Counted from the first letter of the stretch, positions 1 through 14,587 are shown. The stretch is 64,000 bases of DNA from Octopus vulgaris (GCA_951406725.2 OX597817.1:134788001-134852000); one strand, 5' to 3'. Made by a program: numbers and translations. The notes: generated by a model from the sequence alone, not told the origin.

Positions 1-110
1 CCAAAAGGATGAAAGGCAAAGTCAACCTCGGCAGAATTTGAACTCAGAACGTAACGGCAGACGAAATACCGCTGAGCATTTCGCCCTTCGTGCTAACATT
101 TCTGGTAACT
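1..110 (-). mobile_element. tRNA-derived SINE, family B (partial)
   Basis: Matches the multi-copy unit GGCGGCGAGCTGGCAGAA...GAGTTCAAATTC(C/T)GCCGAGGT(C/T)GACTTTGCCTTTCATCC, which has a B-box-like GAGTTCAAATTC and recurs many times in the window. Confidence 0.75.
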
Positions 111-914
111 CCCCCCCTTGTTTAGAGTTATATCCTCCCAGACTTAAAAAGTATAGTGGCCATATTTTCTGTTTTAATGTCTATGTGTTGTAAGGTTTTT
201 TTCTTTGATATTATTTTCCTATAACTTTTTTCTGTGATTTCTTCTAAATTCCCATTTTCACGACATAAAATGTAATTTAGAATTAGGGTTATGATACGCC
301 AAATTGAGAGAAGTTAAGGACGTTCTGTTGCCTGTGTCTGTGCATATGTGTATGTGTGCGTGCGTGCGTGCGTGATCCTATGTGTGTATGTGTGTGTGTG
401 TGTGTATTTTTACACTAATATGTTTTCTTCTGACTTTTCCTGTGACTGTTTCCAGAAGCAATTTAGTTTTTATGTACACAATTCCAAATCATAAAAAGAC
501 AATAAAAATTCCTTTCACACTTCTTTAGCAAATAAGACAACGTAGAATTTCTCATTTGACCCCAGCGCTGCCCTAAAATAAAGAGTATTTGGCATAAAAT
601 TCTTTATTACATTTCTTACTACCCTTTATGAAATTCTGTGGTATTTTTATTGTAATTATCGACAAACATAATTACATTATCTATTTTCCACTAATAAACA
701 AGTATAGGAGCTATTATCACTTTTGTAAGATTTGCGTGTCTGCTCAGACACAAAGAAGGCAATGATGAAGTTTGCGAATGAATTTCGACTTGGTTTGTAT
801 AGAAATGAATTTTGAAAGTCATATTTAATTAAAAACTTTAATGAGAATTGCTGCCATGCTGGTACCATATATATATTTAAAATCAAAATATGCAACAAGG
901 ATATCCAGGAGACA

Positions 915-1228
915 TCATAAGCGGAAAGTGTAACCTCTCGAAAGAGCTGTTCTTCACTCCTGCTCCAGAGCGTCGGCTGCGGGGTCATTCCGAAAAGCTC
1001 TACCTGCGACGATTTCATCTCAATCGAAGGAGAGGAGCTTTCTCCGTCCGGGTTGCGGATCCGTGGAACAAGCTGCCAGACGAGATGGTGAAGATGCCGA
1101 CGACCGCTTTGTTCAAAGCCTCCCTTGACCTCAAGTGGCCTGAACTCTTTACATGAACACCACCCTGTACTTAACTCCATGTCCCCCTACATGGCCTTGC
1201 TATTTGCTTTTGAGCCAAATTAACTAAC
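915..1228 (+). mobile_element. CR1/L2-clade LINE, 5'-truncated 3' end (ORF2 C-terminus)
   Basis: ORF 890-1156 contains LRGHSEKL...RRGAFSVRVADPWNKLP...FKASLD, the typical CR1-clade C-terminal motif. A short 3' UTR ends in a TAAC repeat. Confidence 0.8.
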
Positions 1229-1334
1229 AGACAGACAAAGACAATGCTGCCTTCACCCCAGCATAGAAGTAACTTTAGGTATAATTATATTAATGTGTCC
1301 ATCTGTTTTAATTTAATTAAATTCTATGTCTTTG

Positions 1335-1421
1335 TGCAGCTGAGGATGGATATGAATTTCAAATTGATGTAAAGATTGCATTGTTCGATTAAATGGAGTT
1401 GCATGAAACGATCGTACTGCA
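1335..1421 (+). ncRNA. Type-I hammerhead ribozyme-like motif
   Basis: TGCAG-CTGAGGA-[TG...CAT]-GAAAC-GATC-GTA^CTGCA. Stem I TGCAG/CTGCA, palindromic stem III, GUA site after 1416. Stem II is weak. The element ends in (TA)n at ~1540. Confidence 0.65.
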
Positions 1422-1747
1422 TTGTCTCTGGATATCCTTGTTGCTTATTTGGATTTTAATCAACTTACTTTGAAATTGTATGGATTATGCCATAATAAAT
1501 TCTGGTGCCTCAACTTAAGAACCATATTCGTCTGAATCTATATATATATATATATTTATGTATATGTGTGTGTGTCTGCGTGTATGTGTGTGTGTATGTG
1601 TGCGTGTGTGCGTATGTGTGTGTGCTTGTGTATAAAAAACGTTAATGAGAAACGAATTTTTCTCTTTGCTTCATTCATTGGACTGCTACCATGTTGGGGC
1701 ACCACCTTGAAGAATTTGAGTCGAAGGAATCGACTACAGTACCATTC

Positions 1748-1826
<79 letters not shown>

Positions 1827-2102
1827 ACAGAAAACGTTTTGAATATGTAAATAAACCTCATATTCCATTATGCCGGCCACAGTCTAATGAAGCTGATTGA
1901 TGAACTGGTTTTTTGAGGCTGCATCGAGCTGTAGTTATATAATGTAGGATAACTGTAGTAGTAGTATTGATAATCCTAAGATGGAATTTAGAAACCTTTT
2001 ATGCATCGCTACACGCGTTTGCGGAATCGCACGAAGCGATGAATCAAATATGATCTTAAGGCACATGTGATTTGTGGAAATGCGTCTAGGTATGCATTAA
2101 AT

Positions 2103-2377
2103 CAGCGGGGTCCAAAGTGGGAGGCAATGCGCCCCTGAGGGCGGTGGAAAGTTCCAAGGGGGCGTTGACGAAAAGTAAGACGATAATAGGGGAGCGATTC
2201 ATGTAAACACAACAAAATAATGGGTTCATTAGGTTAAGTTTTATTTCTGAAATACAGTTGCTTTGAATTTGCTTCGGAAAGAGGTCTCCGTTTGTGAAGG
2301 TTAATTGGGGTGAAGGTGCCAGGAATTTGGTCTAGATGTCAAGGGGGCGGCAGCCCGAAAACGTTTGGGAACCACTG
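2103..2377. mobile_element. hAT (Charlie-like) MITE
   Basis: Imperfect TIRs CAGCGGGGTCCAAA / TTTGGGAACCACTG; 8-bp TSD CATTAAAT (2095-2102) / TATTAAAT (2378-2385). Confidence 0.75.
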
Positions 2378-3532
2378 TATTAAATGTTTATAAATTCCTT
2401 TCAAGGATTATTGCTGTTATTGCTATGCATACATGTGGGTGTGTTTCATTTCTGTGTCCTCTCTGGCTTGAATCTCACAATGTTTGCTTAGCGTAGATTA
2501 ATTTGGTAAAAACTAATTCCCGTTGTTTTATTGTCGAGGCTTCACCCAATCGTCTGTCACATGTCATAATGATTCATGAGTTCAATATAACTCTTTCATC
2601 GTTATGAAAGGCAGCTGAAAGTGGGTGTATACATACCATAAGTGCTCAGCTTAAAAATTAGGATTGTTATTTTTAACATTGCAAGTGCTGAATTAAATCG
2701 CATGGGTTACCCTTGACGTATGCGTGTGTGAATATACAAAATGCGTAAATGTATTAACAGACAGCAGTTGCTGGAAGTTCATGCAAGAAGCAAGAATTTT
2801 TAAGATGTCTGCAGTATATCTATAAACGGATTTCGTCAGTTTCCTTTTAATAAAGAAAGAACAAATGGGCAATTATGGCTGGAATGCTTTTGGCCCTAGG
2901 TGAGTGTCCTGAACCAGGATCTAAGCATCAACAACATTATTATGGAGACTTTATCACATTAAATGTTATGCAGGAATAATAAATATGAAATTAGTGCTGT
3001 AAACTGCATATATTCTACATAGTGTAATTAGTATAATTAGAAATTACTTTTAATGTATTTATTACGAAACCTGATTAATTAAAATATGATGATTGTTATT
3101 GATGTCATTGAATTTTTCATCGATATTTACTTCCAAGTTTCTCTCCCACCTTAAGTCATCCACACTGGTTTTAACTCACTTTTATTATTATATTGTATTA
3201 TATTATATTGTTTTATTATTGTAAAATAGTCTTAGATCTTTTGGCGTGATTGTTACTGATTCGTCTAGAAACTGCAATTAATTTTGGCTATAATTACAAC
3301 AACTATATCATTTAATAAGTGTCATCATAAAATGGTGTTGTTGTTGCTAAAATTTGGATTGTTAACCTCGTCTGCCTTCTACTTTTGAATGCAATTGATT
3401 CAAGTTTTGGTGTTCAAGAACATTGAGACTCCGTCTAAATTTCTATCTTACATGTTGGTTTCCAAAATTTGCTAAGAGTTAGATTAAATGTCAAGCCATA
3501 GCAGCAACGTGAAGGATAAAGAAACACACACA

Positions 3533-3611
<79 letters not shown>

Positions 3612-3906
3612 ACACACACAAAGATTAATCTACAGGGAACTGGTCTCCTTTATTATTGAAACTGTAACGTTTTCTATCTATGAAGAAATTTGATGCCTTA
3701 AGAAGATCGGACAATAACCGAATCCAGCAGCAGATGAACGGTTTGTCTCACCAACTTTAAACCTAATCAAAGAAATTCTTAATGACCGTTTTCTTCATCG
3801 AAATTGAGTGAGTCTCTTTTCCATCCTTAATCTCCTCCAATACAATTACTCGGCCTCTAGATCCACTAAACGCTTGCTCATAACTCTCGCAATAAATTAA
3901 CCTTTC

Positions 3907-4760
3907 TACAGTCACCATGAACAGGGACCTACCAACCTATCTACTATCCTTGCCAATCTATTCAAGCTCTTTCTCTCTCTCTCTCTCTCTCTCTCCCTCT
4001 CTCTCTCTCTCTCCATGTTTCTCTGTCTCTCCAAGTTTTTCTCTCTCTCCATGTTTTTCTCTCTCCGTATTTCTCTCTATCTCCATGTTTCTCTCTCTCT
4101 CTCTCCGTTTCTCTCTCTCTCCATATTTCTCTCTCTCCATGTTTCTCACTCTTCATGTTTCTCTCACTCTCCATGGTTCTCTCTCTCTCCCATGTTTCTC
4201 ACCTCCATGTTTCTCTCAGTCTCCATGTTTCTCTCTCTCTCCGTGTTTCTCTTTCTCCATGTTTCTCTCTCTCCATGTTTCACTCTCTATCCATGTTTAT
4301 CTCTCTATTCCTGTTTCTCTCTCTATCTATGTTTCTCTCTCTCCATGTTTCTCTCACTATCCATGTTTCTCTCTCTATCCATGTTTCTCTCTCTATCCAT
4401 GTTTCTCTCTCTCCATGTTCCTCTCTCTCTCTCTCCATGTTTCTCTCTCTCTCTCCATGTTTCTCTCTCTCCACGTTTCTTTCTCTCTCTCTCTCACCAT
4501 GTTTCTCTCTCTCTATTTCTCTCCCTGTTTCTGTCTCTCTCTCTCTCTCTCGTTCTCTCCCTCTCTGTGTCTCTTTTCTCCGTGCCTCTTATACAGTCAC
4601 CATGAACAGGGACTTACCAACCTATCCACTATCCTTGCCAATCTGTTCAAACTATCTCTCTCGCTCTCCATGTCTCGCTTTCCCTTTCCCTCTTCGTTTC
4701 TCTCTCTCTATTTCTCTCCCTGTTTCTCTCTCTCTCTCTCTCTCTCTTTTCTCCGTCCCT
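3907..4760. repeat. CT-rich minisatellite (CCATGTTTCTCTCTCT-like units) with a ~53-bp direct repeat at 3907 and 4592
   Basis: Tandem CCATGTTT(CT)n units. TACAGTCACCATGAACAGGGAC(C/T)TACCAACCTATC...TTGCCAATCT occurs twice, 685 bp apart. Confidence 0.85.
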
Positions 4761-6264
4761 CTATTTAGAAACATACTGCAGTGAGTCACATTCATCATAA
4801 GGCTAAATCTATGACCTTATAGATTGGTCACTTTTAGATTTACAATGTCTCAAAGCTAACGGAATCAGTTTCTGAGTAACTTTCATCTTCAACATCCTTT
4901 CCATCTGAGAACGGAATCATCTCAGAAAAACCTTACCTCAATAACCCTCTTCTACGTACACCAAACCTACAGGTGTGAAAACTAAACAGTAACACATCGA
5001 TGTTTCCAGGCTAGGAGAGCCTGCAAATGCTATGGGGAACGTGGTGTGTCTTATAATGAGAGGAGACATTTTGGTTTCATATTTTGGTGCAAGGCTTGCT
5101 ATTTCGACCCCAGTGTTTGACTGGTATTTATTTTATTGACATTGAAAAGATGAATTGCAAAGTCTACCTTTGCGGTATTTGCACTCAGGACAAAATTATG
5201 GACGAAATGCTGCTAACCATTTTGTCCGGCCTGCTAAAGATTCCGCCATCCCACAGCCTTGAATCGCGGACACGTGTTAAATGCGAACGATTAAGAATAG
5301 AACACGTGTATTCGTTATGTAAAATATATATCATGCATGAAGGATATCATACATGAAGGATAAAAATATCATGCATGAAGGATGTGTAACTAAATATGTT
5401 TCATCGATATCTTCTGGAGGACGTCACAATTACGTAATCTTTCGTTCAGTGTTCAGTATCGGTATTGCCATTCCTCACCACCAACTTTCTATAAGGGATT
5501 TTTAGATGATCACTATGTCACAAGCAGAGCTGAAGTTCGTGGCGTGCGCAAACAAAGCCTCGTTATAAATTAAAATCGTCATCTATATACCATACTAAAT
5601 GCATACATGCCATTCAAAAGCATGATGCTGTGGAATTACTTGAAATATGTATCGTTAAAAGCATAATATATATTGGAGCGAGACAATTATCATCGTTCCA
5701 GTAGCTCAAAATGACGAGAGACCATTTCGCCTTCGTTGAGACTCGTCAATGCAGCGCGCTCAATTGACATCGACTTAAACGAAATTCATCCAACGATATA
5801 CCTAGTAAATAGTGAATAAAATATTCAGCACAAAAATAAGTCTCATTATGTTGTTTCTTTTCCCCACGGAAATCTTTTATATAAAAGCGAAAGATTTATC
5901 AATTGATGTGGAAAACAAACTAGATTAACTAACAACATCTCAATAATACAACTATAAACAAATCGTCCACACAACACACATTGATCTTGATGTGTAAATT
6001 GCATCCTCAATTTAATTTCTGCAGTTAGTATGCTTCATGTATTTACCAAGTATTTTAATTAGCACACTATTACAAATAACCTTTGATGTGTGCTTTATCT
6101 CAAAACATGTGCTTAATTAAATGAAATCATCATTATTGCTGTCATTCACATTTGAGATCAGACTTACTGCCGTCCATGCCCTCACTCAACAATCGATTCG
6201 CGTATCATTAATACTATTATTGTAGTTCTTGTTATTGTTGTTCTTGTTCTTGTTCTTGTTGTTA

Positions 6265-6732
6265 AGGCTGCGATCTTGCAGAATATTTAGCAAGCCATGT
6301 AAAATGTCAATCGGTATTTCGTCCATCTTTATGTTCTGAGATCAAATTCCACCGAGCACCACTTTACCTTTCTTCATTTCGCGGTCGATGAAATAAGTAC
6401 CAGCTACACACTGGGATTCATTTAATCGACTTAGCACTTCTCCTAAACCTGCTGGCTTTGTGCCAAAATTTGAAACCATTACTATTAGTTTTGTTGTTGT
6501 TGTTACTGGTATTAATTAAGACAGCAAGTTCGCAGACTCCTATGCACGTCGGAAAAAATGCTCAGCAAAATTTTTTCCGTATTTACGTTCCCAATTCAAA
6601 TAATGCCGAGGCTGACTTTGCCTTTCATCTCTTCGGGGTCGATAAATTAAGGACCAGTGAAATACTGGGGTCGATGTAATCAGCAACCCTTACCCCTATA
6701 TTTCAGGCCTTCTGCATATTGTAGAAAGGATT
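6265..6732 (+). mobile_element. Two diverged SINE family B copies (6265-6480, 6520-6732); another on - at ~5105-5258
   Basis: GACTTTGCCTTTCATC...GGGGTCGATAAATTAAG motifs, tails running into (ATT)n. Confidence 0.65.
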
Positions 6733-6770
6733 ATTATTATTATTATTATTATTATTGTTGTTGTTGTTGG

Positions 6771-6813
<43 letters not shown>

Positions 6814-6829
6814 GAGTGAGAGAGCAGTG

Positions 6830-7200
6830 TATACCATGTTTTATTCTTTGTAAGCCATAATTTCCACAGAGCTTCCAATGGATCATTCTTACCGCATTGT
6901 CTTGTCATCTTTTGTAATCGTGTTGTTCTAATTTCGAGCATTTACACTCACGATGTGCCATATTGTTTCACCCTTCTCACCACATATACTACATTTGTCC
7001 CAATCGGTAGTGATATCAATTCAGCGTTACACACAGTTAGTCCATAACGCTTGTTCTTGTGCTGCGCATATAAGTGCTTCTGTCTCTATGTTCAGGTCAC
7101 TCCTCCTCATCCATAGCCACAGTTCTTCTGTATCTGTCTTGGCGTTCGTATCTCTTGAAAACTGACCGTGCATTTTTTCTTCTCCTATGCTGTTTCTTAA
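6830..7200 (-). mobile_element. RLE-type (R4/Dong-like) non-LTR retrotransposon fragment, CCHC knuckle region
   Basis: Minus-strand translation with frameshifts: ETEALICAAQEQALWTN...DKCSICGEKGETIWHIVS...VRMIHWKLCGNYGL. Confidence 0.75.
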
Positions 7201-7217
7201 TCTCATTATTACTATTG

Positions 7218-7770
7218 ATTGAGAGAGCAGTGCATGCCATCAAAGCGACACTGGAGTAAAATATTCGAAGCCCAGTATACCCATCATGACTACGCATCTG
7301 ATAAGGGCACACCAGGCACATGCATCATAACTATATGTGCGCGACATGGTGATCTCATATCAAGATAAACAGCACATGACCTTGCAGGTGGGGCCCAGCT
7401 AGAATTTTTTCTGGTCGAGTTACCCATCCCGTCAAAAGGTCCCTGAATAAGGGTTGTTTAAAGATGTTGAACGAAACACCCATGTTTCCAGAGGCGAATT
7501 ATTCAAACCCCAAAGAATTCCTATCGACACATAGCTATGATGCTCCCTTACTATTTCTGCTCATGGTCAGAGATGCACATATCGTCAGCCACTAAGGGAC
7601 ATGCTCAACTGGTTGAAGTAAAGTAACTGACAAGTAATTTTGTGGTAGTGAGCAGAATATTTGCTGTAGCCTATCTTTTATACCAAGACAAAACAATGTA
7701 CATGATAACACTGCCAATCAGTAAAGATCAAAAGTCATGAAAGCCACTGCCTAGTAATGCATCAGGGCAT
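7218..7770. mobile_element. Unclassified interspersed repeat bounded by (ATT)n-like tracts
   Basis: Begins GAGAGAGCAGTG(C/T)AT(G/A)CCAT, the same start as at 6818 after (ATT)n. Non-coding. Confidence 0.4.
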
Positions 7771-7784
7771 AGCTACTGTCATAT

Positions 7785-7862
<78 letters not shown>

Positions 7863-7863
<1 letters not shown>

Positions 7864-8180
7864 TCATGTTTGACTTTTACTTTACATTTGTACAAGTTAG
7901 CTCCAAGTCTCACCCAGAGACCTCAAGGGTCAACATGATAGAAGTTCATGTTTTGCCTAGGGTGCCATATATTTGGTTTTGTACATAGTGCTGTTGGAGA
8001 GGATGTTTAAGAAACCATAAGAAAATTATGTGTTTGTTTTAAAACTTGAGATTACATAGAAAGTATTTTGCGTAAGATATGGGCAGTTCCCATGAGCACT
8101 ATCTTCTGAATTTCTGTCATTTTGGGGTTTCCTGGTATCTGAGCTAGGTAGCAATCAGCCCCTTTTGCTATCATTCCCAG
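7863..8180 (-). mobile_element. RLE-type (R4/Dong-like) LINE 3' end terminating in (TAA)n
   Basis: Minus-strand LGMIAKGADCYLAQIPGNPKMTEIQKIVLMGTAHILRKILSM*, followed by a 3' UTR that runs into the (TAA)n tract at 7790-7862. Confidence 0.75.
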
Positions 8181-9369
8181 TTGCAGTTTTAATGTTGTTT
8201 ACAAATCACGATCTTTAGCAAAAGAAAACAAAATGCCATCAGGATATACACTACTGGCACTGTCAATTTTAAACACCAATACATAGTCCACCGGAGTTCT
8301 TTCAAATCTGCTAAACACAATAGGTTCCGCACTAGCTAATCATGTACATACCTTATGACAACAGTGTACCATATAATACTACTTTGTGTATCGTCGATGC
8401 TGGATTACCAAGAACCAAGGCGTCCACGCCTTCTGTTTGTCGTGCTTAAAATTGTCTATACAAACCCTGTTACATAATCCTCCGCCATTAATAAATAGAC
8501 AAACCAAACGTTTACCAATTGCATCCACAGTCTTGAAAACACTCCGATTTTATCGCAACTCGAAATGTTGCGCTTTGATTCTCTCCACACAATTTTCACC
8601 TACATAAATTATAGTTGCATAATATGCTTATCTAATTTAATTTAGTTTGATCCGTTGTGCACCTTTTTATTCCTCATCTTGTACTACGATCCTCATTTTA
8701 CATCTTCTATTCTAAGGTTATCGCTTATCCGAACTTCGTACAATTTCACATTCCATAATTTTTTAGTTCACTCTACATACATTCTGTTCGTAATTTCAAT
8801 ACAACGATTTAACTAAAATATTATTTTCTAGCAACACATAGAATATATTCTAGCAAACACTTATAGACATTTTCAGCGAATGGACGTATTTGAAGAAGTA
8901 ATTCCTATGCATCTCTTACACTCACATTTAGCCATATTCAAATTTTTCATTAAACTCACAATTCTTAGAGCAGCGATTAGGAGTAAATAAACTTATGGCC
9001 AGTTCAGATAGGTTCGTGATATATTTTAACTTCTAAAGACAAATTCACTGCCGGTTAACGCAGATAACAAATGCTCTCTTATATGAAAAGGTGAAAACAC
9101 CATATCTGCCAAGTGCCTGCCTGTAGCGAAATCCTAGGTACATGTTTCTTACTCTTTAGCCTTCTTCAGTGGGAAATACCGAAGAGAGATAACACTGGGA
9201 AGATTCAAAGCCCCTAATGGTATGCACTGAACAGATAATATGGTGCTTTTATACTTTGTACGAAAAGAGAGAATTTTTTCTTCTCGATAAATGCAGTGAA
9301 TTTTCCTTAACAAGTAAAAATGTCACAAACGTTTACAATTTGAATTATTGATTCCTTATTGCTACAATA

Positions 9370-10320
9370 GATATACTTATTATTCTGGTGACTCCCAACC
9401 ATGGCACATGTACATCTAAAACGCACACTCTACCCTCATTCTGGTACTTTATAAACTTATAAAACCGAATCTCATCGTAGTCAGTTGATTTAAAACGATT
9501 TATACACTTTACCTCTCATTTATCTAGCTTTTCCCTTCCGCTGCTTAGTATTTCACTTTCCTTTTAACTACATTTTACTGGCCATCATACGACACACCTA
9601 TTGTCCGGTACGTGTATATCATCTTATACTTCATCAAAAAAATCTAGGTCCCACCTCTTCACACATTTCCCTTTGTGGCTTGCCTAGATAACCGATAATT
9701 CTATATATTGCCTCCTTCACACCATTCCACTCAGCACTCCACCTTCTCTACCCATACAAGCACTGTCCTCCGCTTTCTACATATCTTACTCTAACTTTGG
9801 AACTTTATACATCTATTCCTCGTCATGTTTGTTTTAGTTTCTGTCTTCCTCTTATTATGACATTGTATTTTCTGCTTCTCCTTTTTTAAGCTTACCCCTG
9901 AATACTTCACGCTAACCAGCTTAGCGTTACTTCCTGCTAAGGCTCTATTTCAACCTTCCTCCGATGATCGAATAGATTGCTACTATAACGCTGGCTACCG
10001 ATAAAAGCAGAGAAATGTGTCATCTGCGTATCAACCACCCGAAACAGCTGTAAGACTATCTGCGGCCTTACTTTTCGTCCAGCTTTGGATTATACCTACA
10101 ACGACCAACTTTAACTAATTTCAGTAATTCGGACTGTTCCGAGAAAATACCAGCATACAACATAACCATTATGAACTTTTATCGACATCTTGTGAACTAA
10201 ACTCATGTAACATTCAATTCTAATCTTATGTTGCGTCGATGATTAAATATATAAATGTCGATAATAGTACGTCTGCCGGTTGTTTGACGGTTTATACATT
10301 TATTCTATTCTGTTATATAT
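9370..10320 (+). mobile_element. Decayed PLE-type 3' end with HHR remnant (GAAACAGCTGTAAGAC at 10041)
   Basis: Pyrimidine-rich UTR-like stretch. Carries the same GAAAC-AGCT-GTA-AGA motif as 22359 (-) and 50523 (+) and ends in (TA)n. Confidence 0.45.
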
Positions 10321-10332
10321 ACATGTATATAA

Positions 10333-10424
<92 letters not shown>

Positions 10425-10510
10425 AATGTAGATAGAGAAACAGATAGATAGATAGATAGATAGATGATAGATATACATATATACACATGTGAGATAACAT
10501 GTACACACAC

Positions 10511-10573
<63 letters not shown>

Positions 10574-10594
10574 TACATGTGTACACATGTGTGA

Positions 10595-10629
<35 letters not shown>

Positions 10630-10815
10630 TATATATGTATATATACACACACATATGCAAGTATATAGATAGATACACACATAAGCACGCGCACGCACAC
10701 CTACACACATATGTATGCATGTATGTATGTATGTATGTATGTATGTATGTATGTATGTATGTATGTATGTATGTATGTATGTATGTATGTATGCATGTAT
10801 GTATGTGTGTGTATG
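10312..10815. repeat. Compound microsatellite (TA)n/(GA)n/(GATA)n/(TATG)n
   Basis: Direct reading; representative of dozens of similar blocks across the window. Confidence 0.95.
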
Positions 10816-11787
10816 TATTATTCCACTTTGAAATGCTTCTGAATTACCTGAGAAAGAAACATAAGTGCTTCAGTCTGTAGTTTAGACGTGAATAATGTGA
10901 AGACTACATCGATGTTTGCCATATATTACAAGACACAGTGTTTCTAGATACGATGAGAAGTGTGTTGGGTGGAGTGCAACAGTAAAGTCTGGACAGTTGC
11001 AATGAAAGCGTTTGTGTTGGTGTTGGTGATGGTGATGGTGATGGTGGTGGTGATGGTGGTGGAGTGCGTTCTCGGAGAGAAATTTCGGAATTAGAAGGCG
11101 ACGATATTATTGGCTTCAATGTAGATATGACAAGAAGTAGGATATAGATGTAAAGAAAATCTTCGGAACTGAACTGAGTCACGATACGCAATTTAGCTTA
11201 CGAGGGATGAAGAGGAAGAGCGAGAGGAAGAGAAGGGAAAACAAAGAGAAAACGAGAGAGAGCGAAGTTAAGGTAGAGCGTTGACTCCGAAAGATTGATG
11301 TTGACAAGGTGAGACAGGTTGGTTTACTTGGGAATGGCATAGATATTGATGTATATCCAAAGATCGGAGGAATATTTCTATAAAGAGAGACCTCGAATTA
11401 CCAAAGTTTTACTGACAAACCCAATTAACTATTAGACCAAACAGCCTACTCTATCATTGCAGCCCTAAATATCGTACTGAAAACTGTGTCATGTGATTTA
11501 CCTCAACATCAGCCACTCATAATGAAAATAAATAAGATTTTAGAATGTTTAATATACGTTAATTCTAAAAGTGGTTTTAGAAGAAAGACATTTGACACAC
11601 TAAGATATTTGTTCAAAGTGAAATCTTTCATAAAAGGCCGATTATATTAGTTTTGCTTAGAACAGAAGAAAAACAGGTTAAATAAATAAGTTTATTTTGG
11701 AGAACTAAGAACAATTTATCAAACAATATTCGCAGATACTGAAGTACACATTTTTACATCAACTTAATTTTGTTCTCACTCTTTCTT

Positions 11788-11852
<65 letters not shown>

Positions 11853-12110
11853 TTATATATATATATATAGTGTAATACTGAAACACGTGTAGTTCCTTCA
11901 TATTTAATAAATATGAGTATTAACTAAAGTAGGATATAATTAATGAAGTACATTATATACCCAGCTGGAAATTTTAGTTGTATCCTTTAAGTATTATTTC
12001 GTGATGTGCAAACTGATACCATGGGTTTTCTGTCAGATGTACTGAATAGGTTATTTTTGTATTATCTGAAATAGAATACCAGCATAACGATTAGTCCCCC
12101 AAAATTGAAT

Positions 12111-12160
<50 letters not shown>

Positions 12161-12195
12161 TGAGAGAGTTGGTATGTGAAAGCACGAGGCTGGAC

Positions 12196-12236
<41 letters not shown>

Positions 12237-12289
12237 TGAGAGAGTTGGTATGAGAAAGCACGAGGCTGGATGTATAAAAGACAAAAAGA

Positions 12290-13929
12290 GTGAAAAAACT
12301 ACAGAATGCTTCAGCTATATGATTGAAGAATATATTTAAATCGTTATGTTAGAAAAATGTTATAACATTTTGCGTATAGTAACATAGTTTTGGGAGAAAT
12401 ATCCGGTTTTGAATTTTGTCTTCAAATTTCTCAAATTTGTTTACCTATATCGTATCATTTTTTGCTATGTTGTTAAATGTTGAGTTCCAGACAGGGGAAG
12501 GTAATCAGGGATTTTTTTCCGGTATAAGGGAGATAATCAAAGATGTTGGGATTGACTAGGTTTGATTAATTTTAAATGTTTGGTTTTAGAAGGAATAGCA
12601 TGTTACAAGTGGTTATGTTTTGCTTTATATATTTTTCAATGAGGTGAGTTTCCTTATTTAAAAATGTTAGAAATGGTTAAGTGTTGGCATATATTTTTCA
12701 ACGAAGTAGGTTTCCCCATTCAATCTAACTTGTGTTGGTGTTCCAATGGCACATTGATAGAATGGAAAGATTACAAATTGTGGTAGCAGTTGCTTTACGA
12801 ATTTCTCAATATGTTCACTAAAGGGTATCATTCGGTACTCTGGGAATGCAATCTGCTGTCGATGCAGAGTGCATCTGCGTCTGAGCGATAATCCCGTGGA
12901 CCCTATGTAGTTTTGGTGTCAGCCCGAGCATCTTATAACATAAATCAGGTTTTCTGAAGCACAAGTAAAGTCAGATTTGATTTTGAATTTTTGTCACACT
13001 TTGATCCTTCTGATCCTTCTAGAAGGTTTGGACATGTTGCGCAATTTGGTCTAACACATTTTTTCACTTTTGCATCCGTTATTTTAGAATATAATTTTGC
13101 CTTTGTGGGGATCTTTTTTAGTGATTTCGGTTGTCTGTAGCTTTTAATGATTTTATGTATGTGTAAAATTGCATTTAATTTGGGGTCCTTATGTAGCATT
13201 AGTAAATTTTGGGTGATGATGGTGAAGGCTTCTTTGTTTCTGAGGTTGTATGTGGATTTGTACGGCAGTATTTTCGGGGAAGGTGTGTTGCTGTGTTGAA
13301 CTTTTCTTAAGGTTTCTATGTCGATTTGTGTTGCACGTCTGATTCCATCCTCTATGAGTTGAACTGGGTAGTGTCTGTCAATTAGGGTGTTTTTGAGTTC
13401 TTTCAGTCTAAAGTTTCTGGTGTTTTGTTCTGACATTATTGTGCATATCCTTCTTGCAAGGTTGAAAAGGATGTTCGTTTTAGTGTGTCTTGGGTGGCGT
13501 GAATCAAAAAGTAGATGTAGTTTGGAGTCTGTGGTTTTGTAAAATATGTCCGTTTCTATTTTTATTTTTTTAATTAGTATATCTAAGAATGGAAGCTCCT
13601 TTTGGTTGTACTCCATAGCGAACTCTATGTTTGGGTTGACTCTACTCAATAGTCTTTTGAATTTCAGTTTATCTGTGTTTTCATCCGAGAGTATGAAGCA
13701 GTTGTCTAGGAATCTTTTCCAATTTTCTTTTATGTATTGGGAAAGGGGGTTTCCAAAGGTAGATAAAGATTCCTGGTATTTTATTACCTTCAGGTTGCCC
13801 ATTGTTAGGTTCGCAATGACTGGTGCTGCCCTTGTACCCATAGCAATTCCGGATTTTTCTCGGTAAAACGTATTGTCAAACATGAAGTGGTTATTTTGTA
13901 GGATGAATTCAACCGATTTAGTTATGAAT

Positions 13930-13935
<6 letters not shown>
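12290..13935 (-). mobile_element. Penelope-like retroelement, 5'-truncated and frameshifted (RT + C-terminal GIY-YIG endonuclease)
   Basis: ORF 12945-13976 has PLE RT motifs GIAMGTRAAPVIANLTMG, WKRFLDNCFIL, ELPFLDILI, TDIFYKTTDS...SRHP and the CxxxxCxxC linker. A shifted frame gives FTCASENLIYVIRCSG*HQNYIGSTGLSLRRR...H...EHIEK...PQFVIFPFYQC. Confidence 0.92.

Positions 13936-14587
<652 letters not shown>

Noticed and set aside
3917-4784. Long 196-283 aa ORFs
   Set aside because: CT-rich minisatellite lacking stop codons in all three frames.
5718-5755. HHR-like TTGACGA-GTCT...AGGC-GAAATGGTC (-); similar partial motifs at ~9138 (-), ~11880 (+), ~24440 (-), ~24708 (-)
   Set aside because: Stem I does not pair or half the core is missing; may be decayed copies but not supportable individually.
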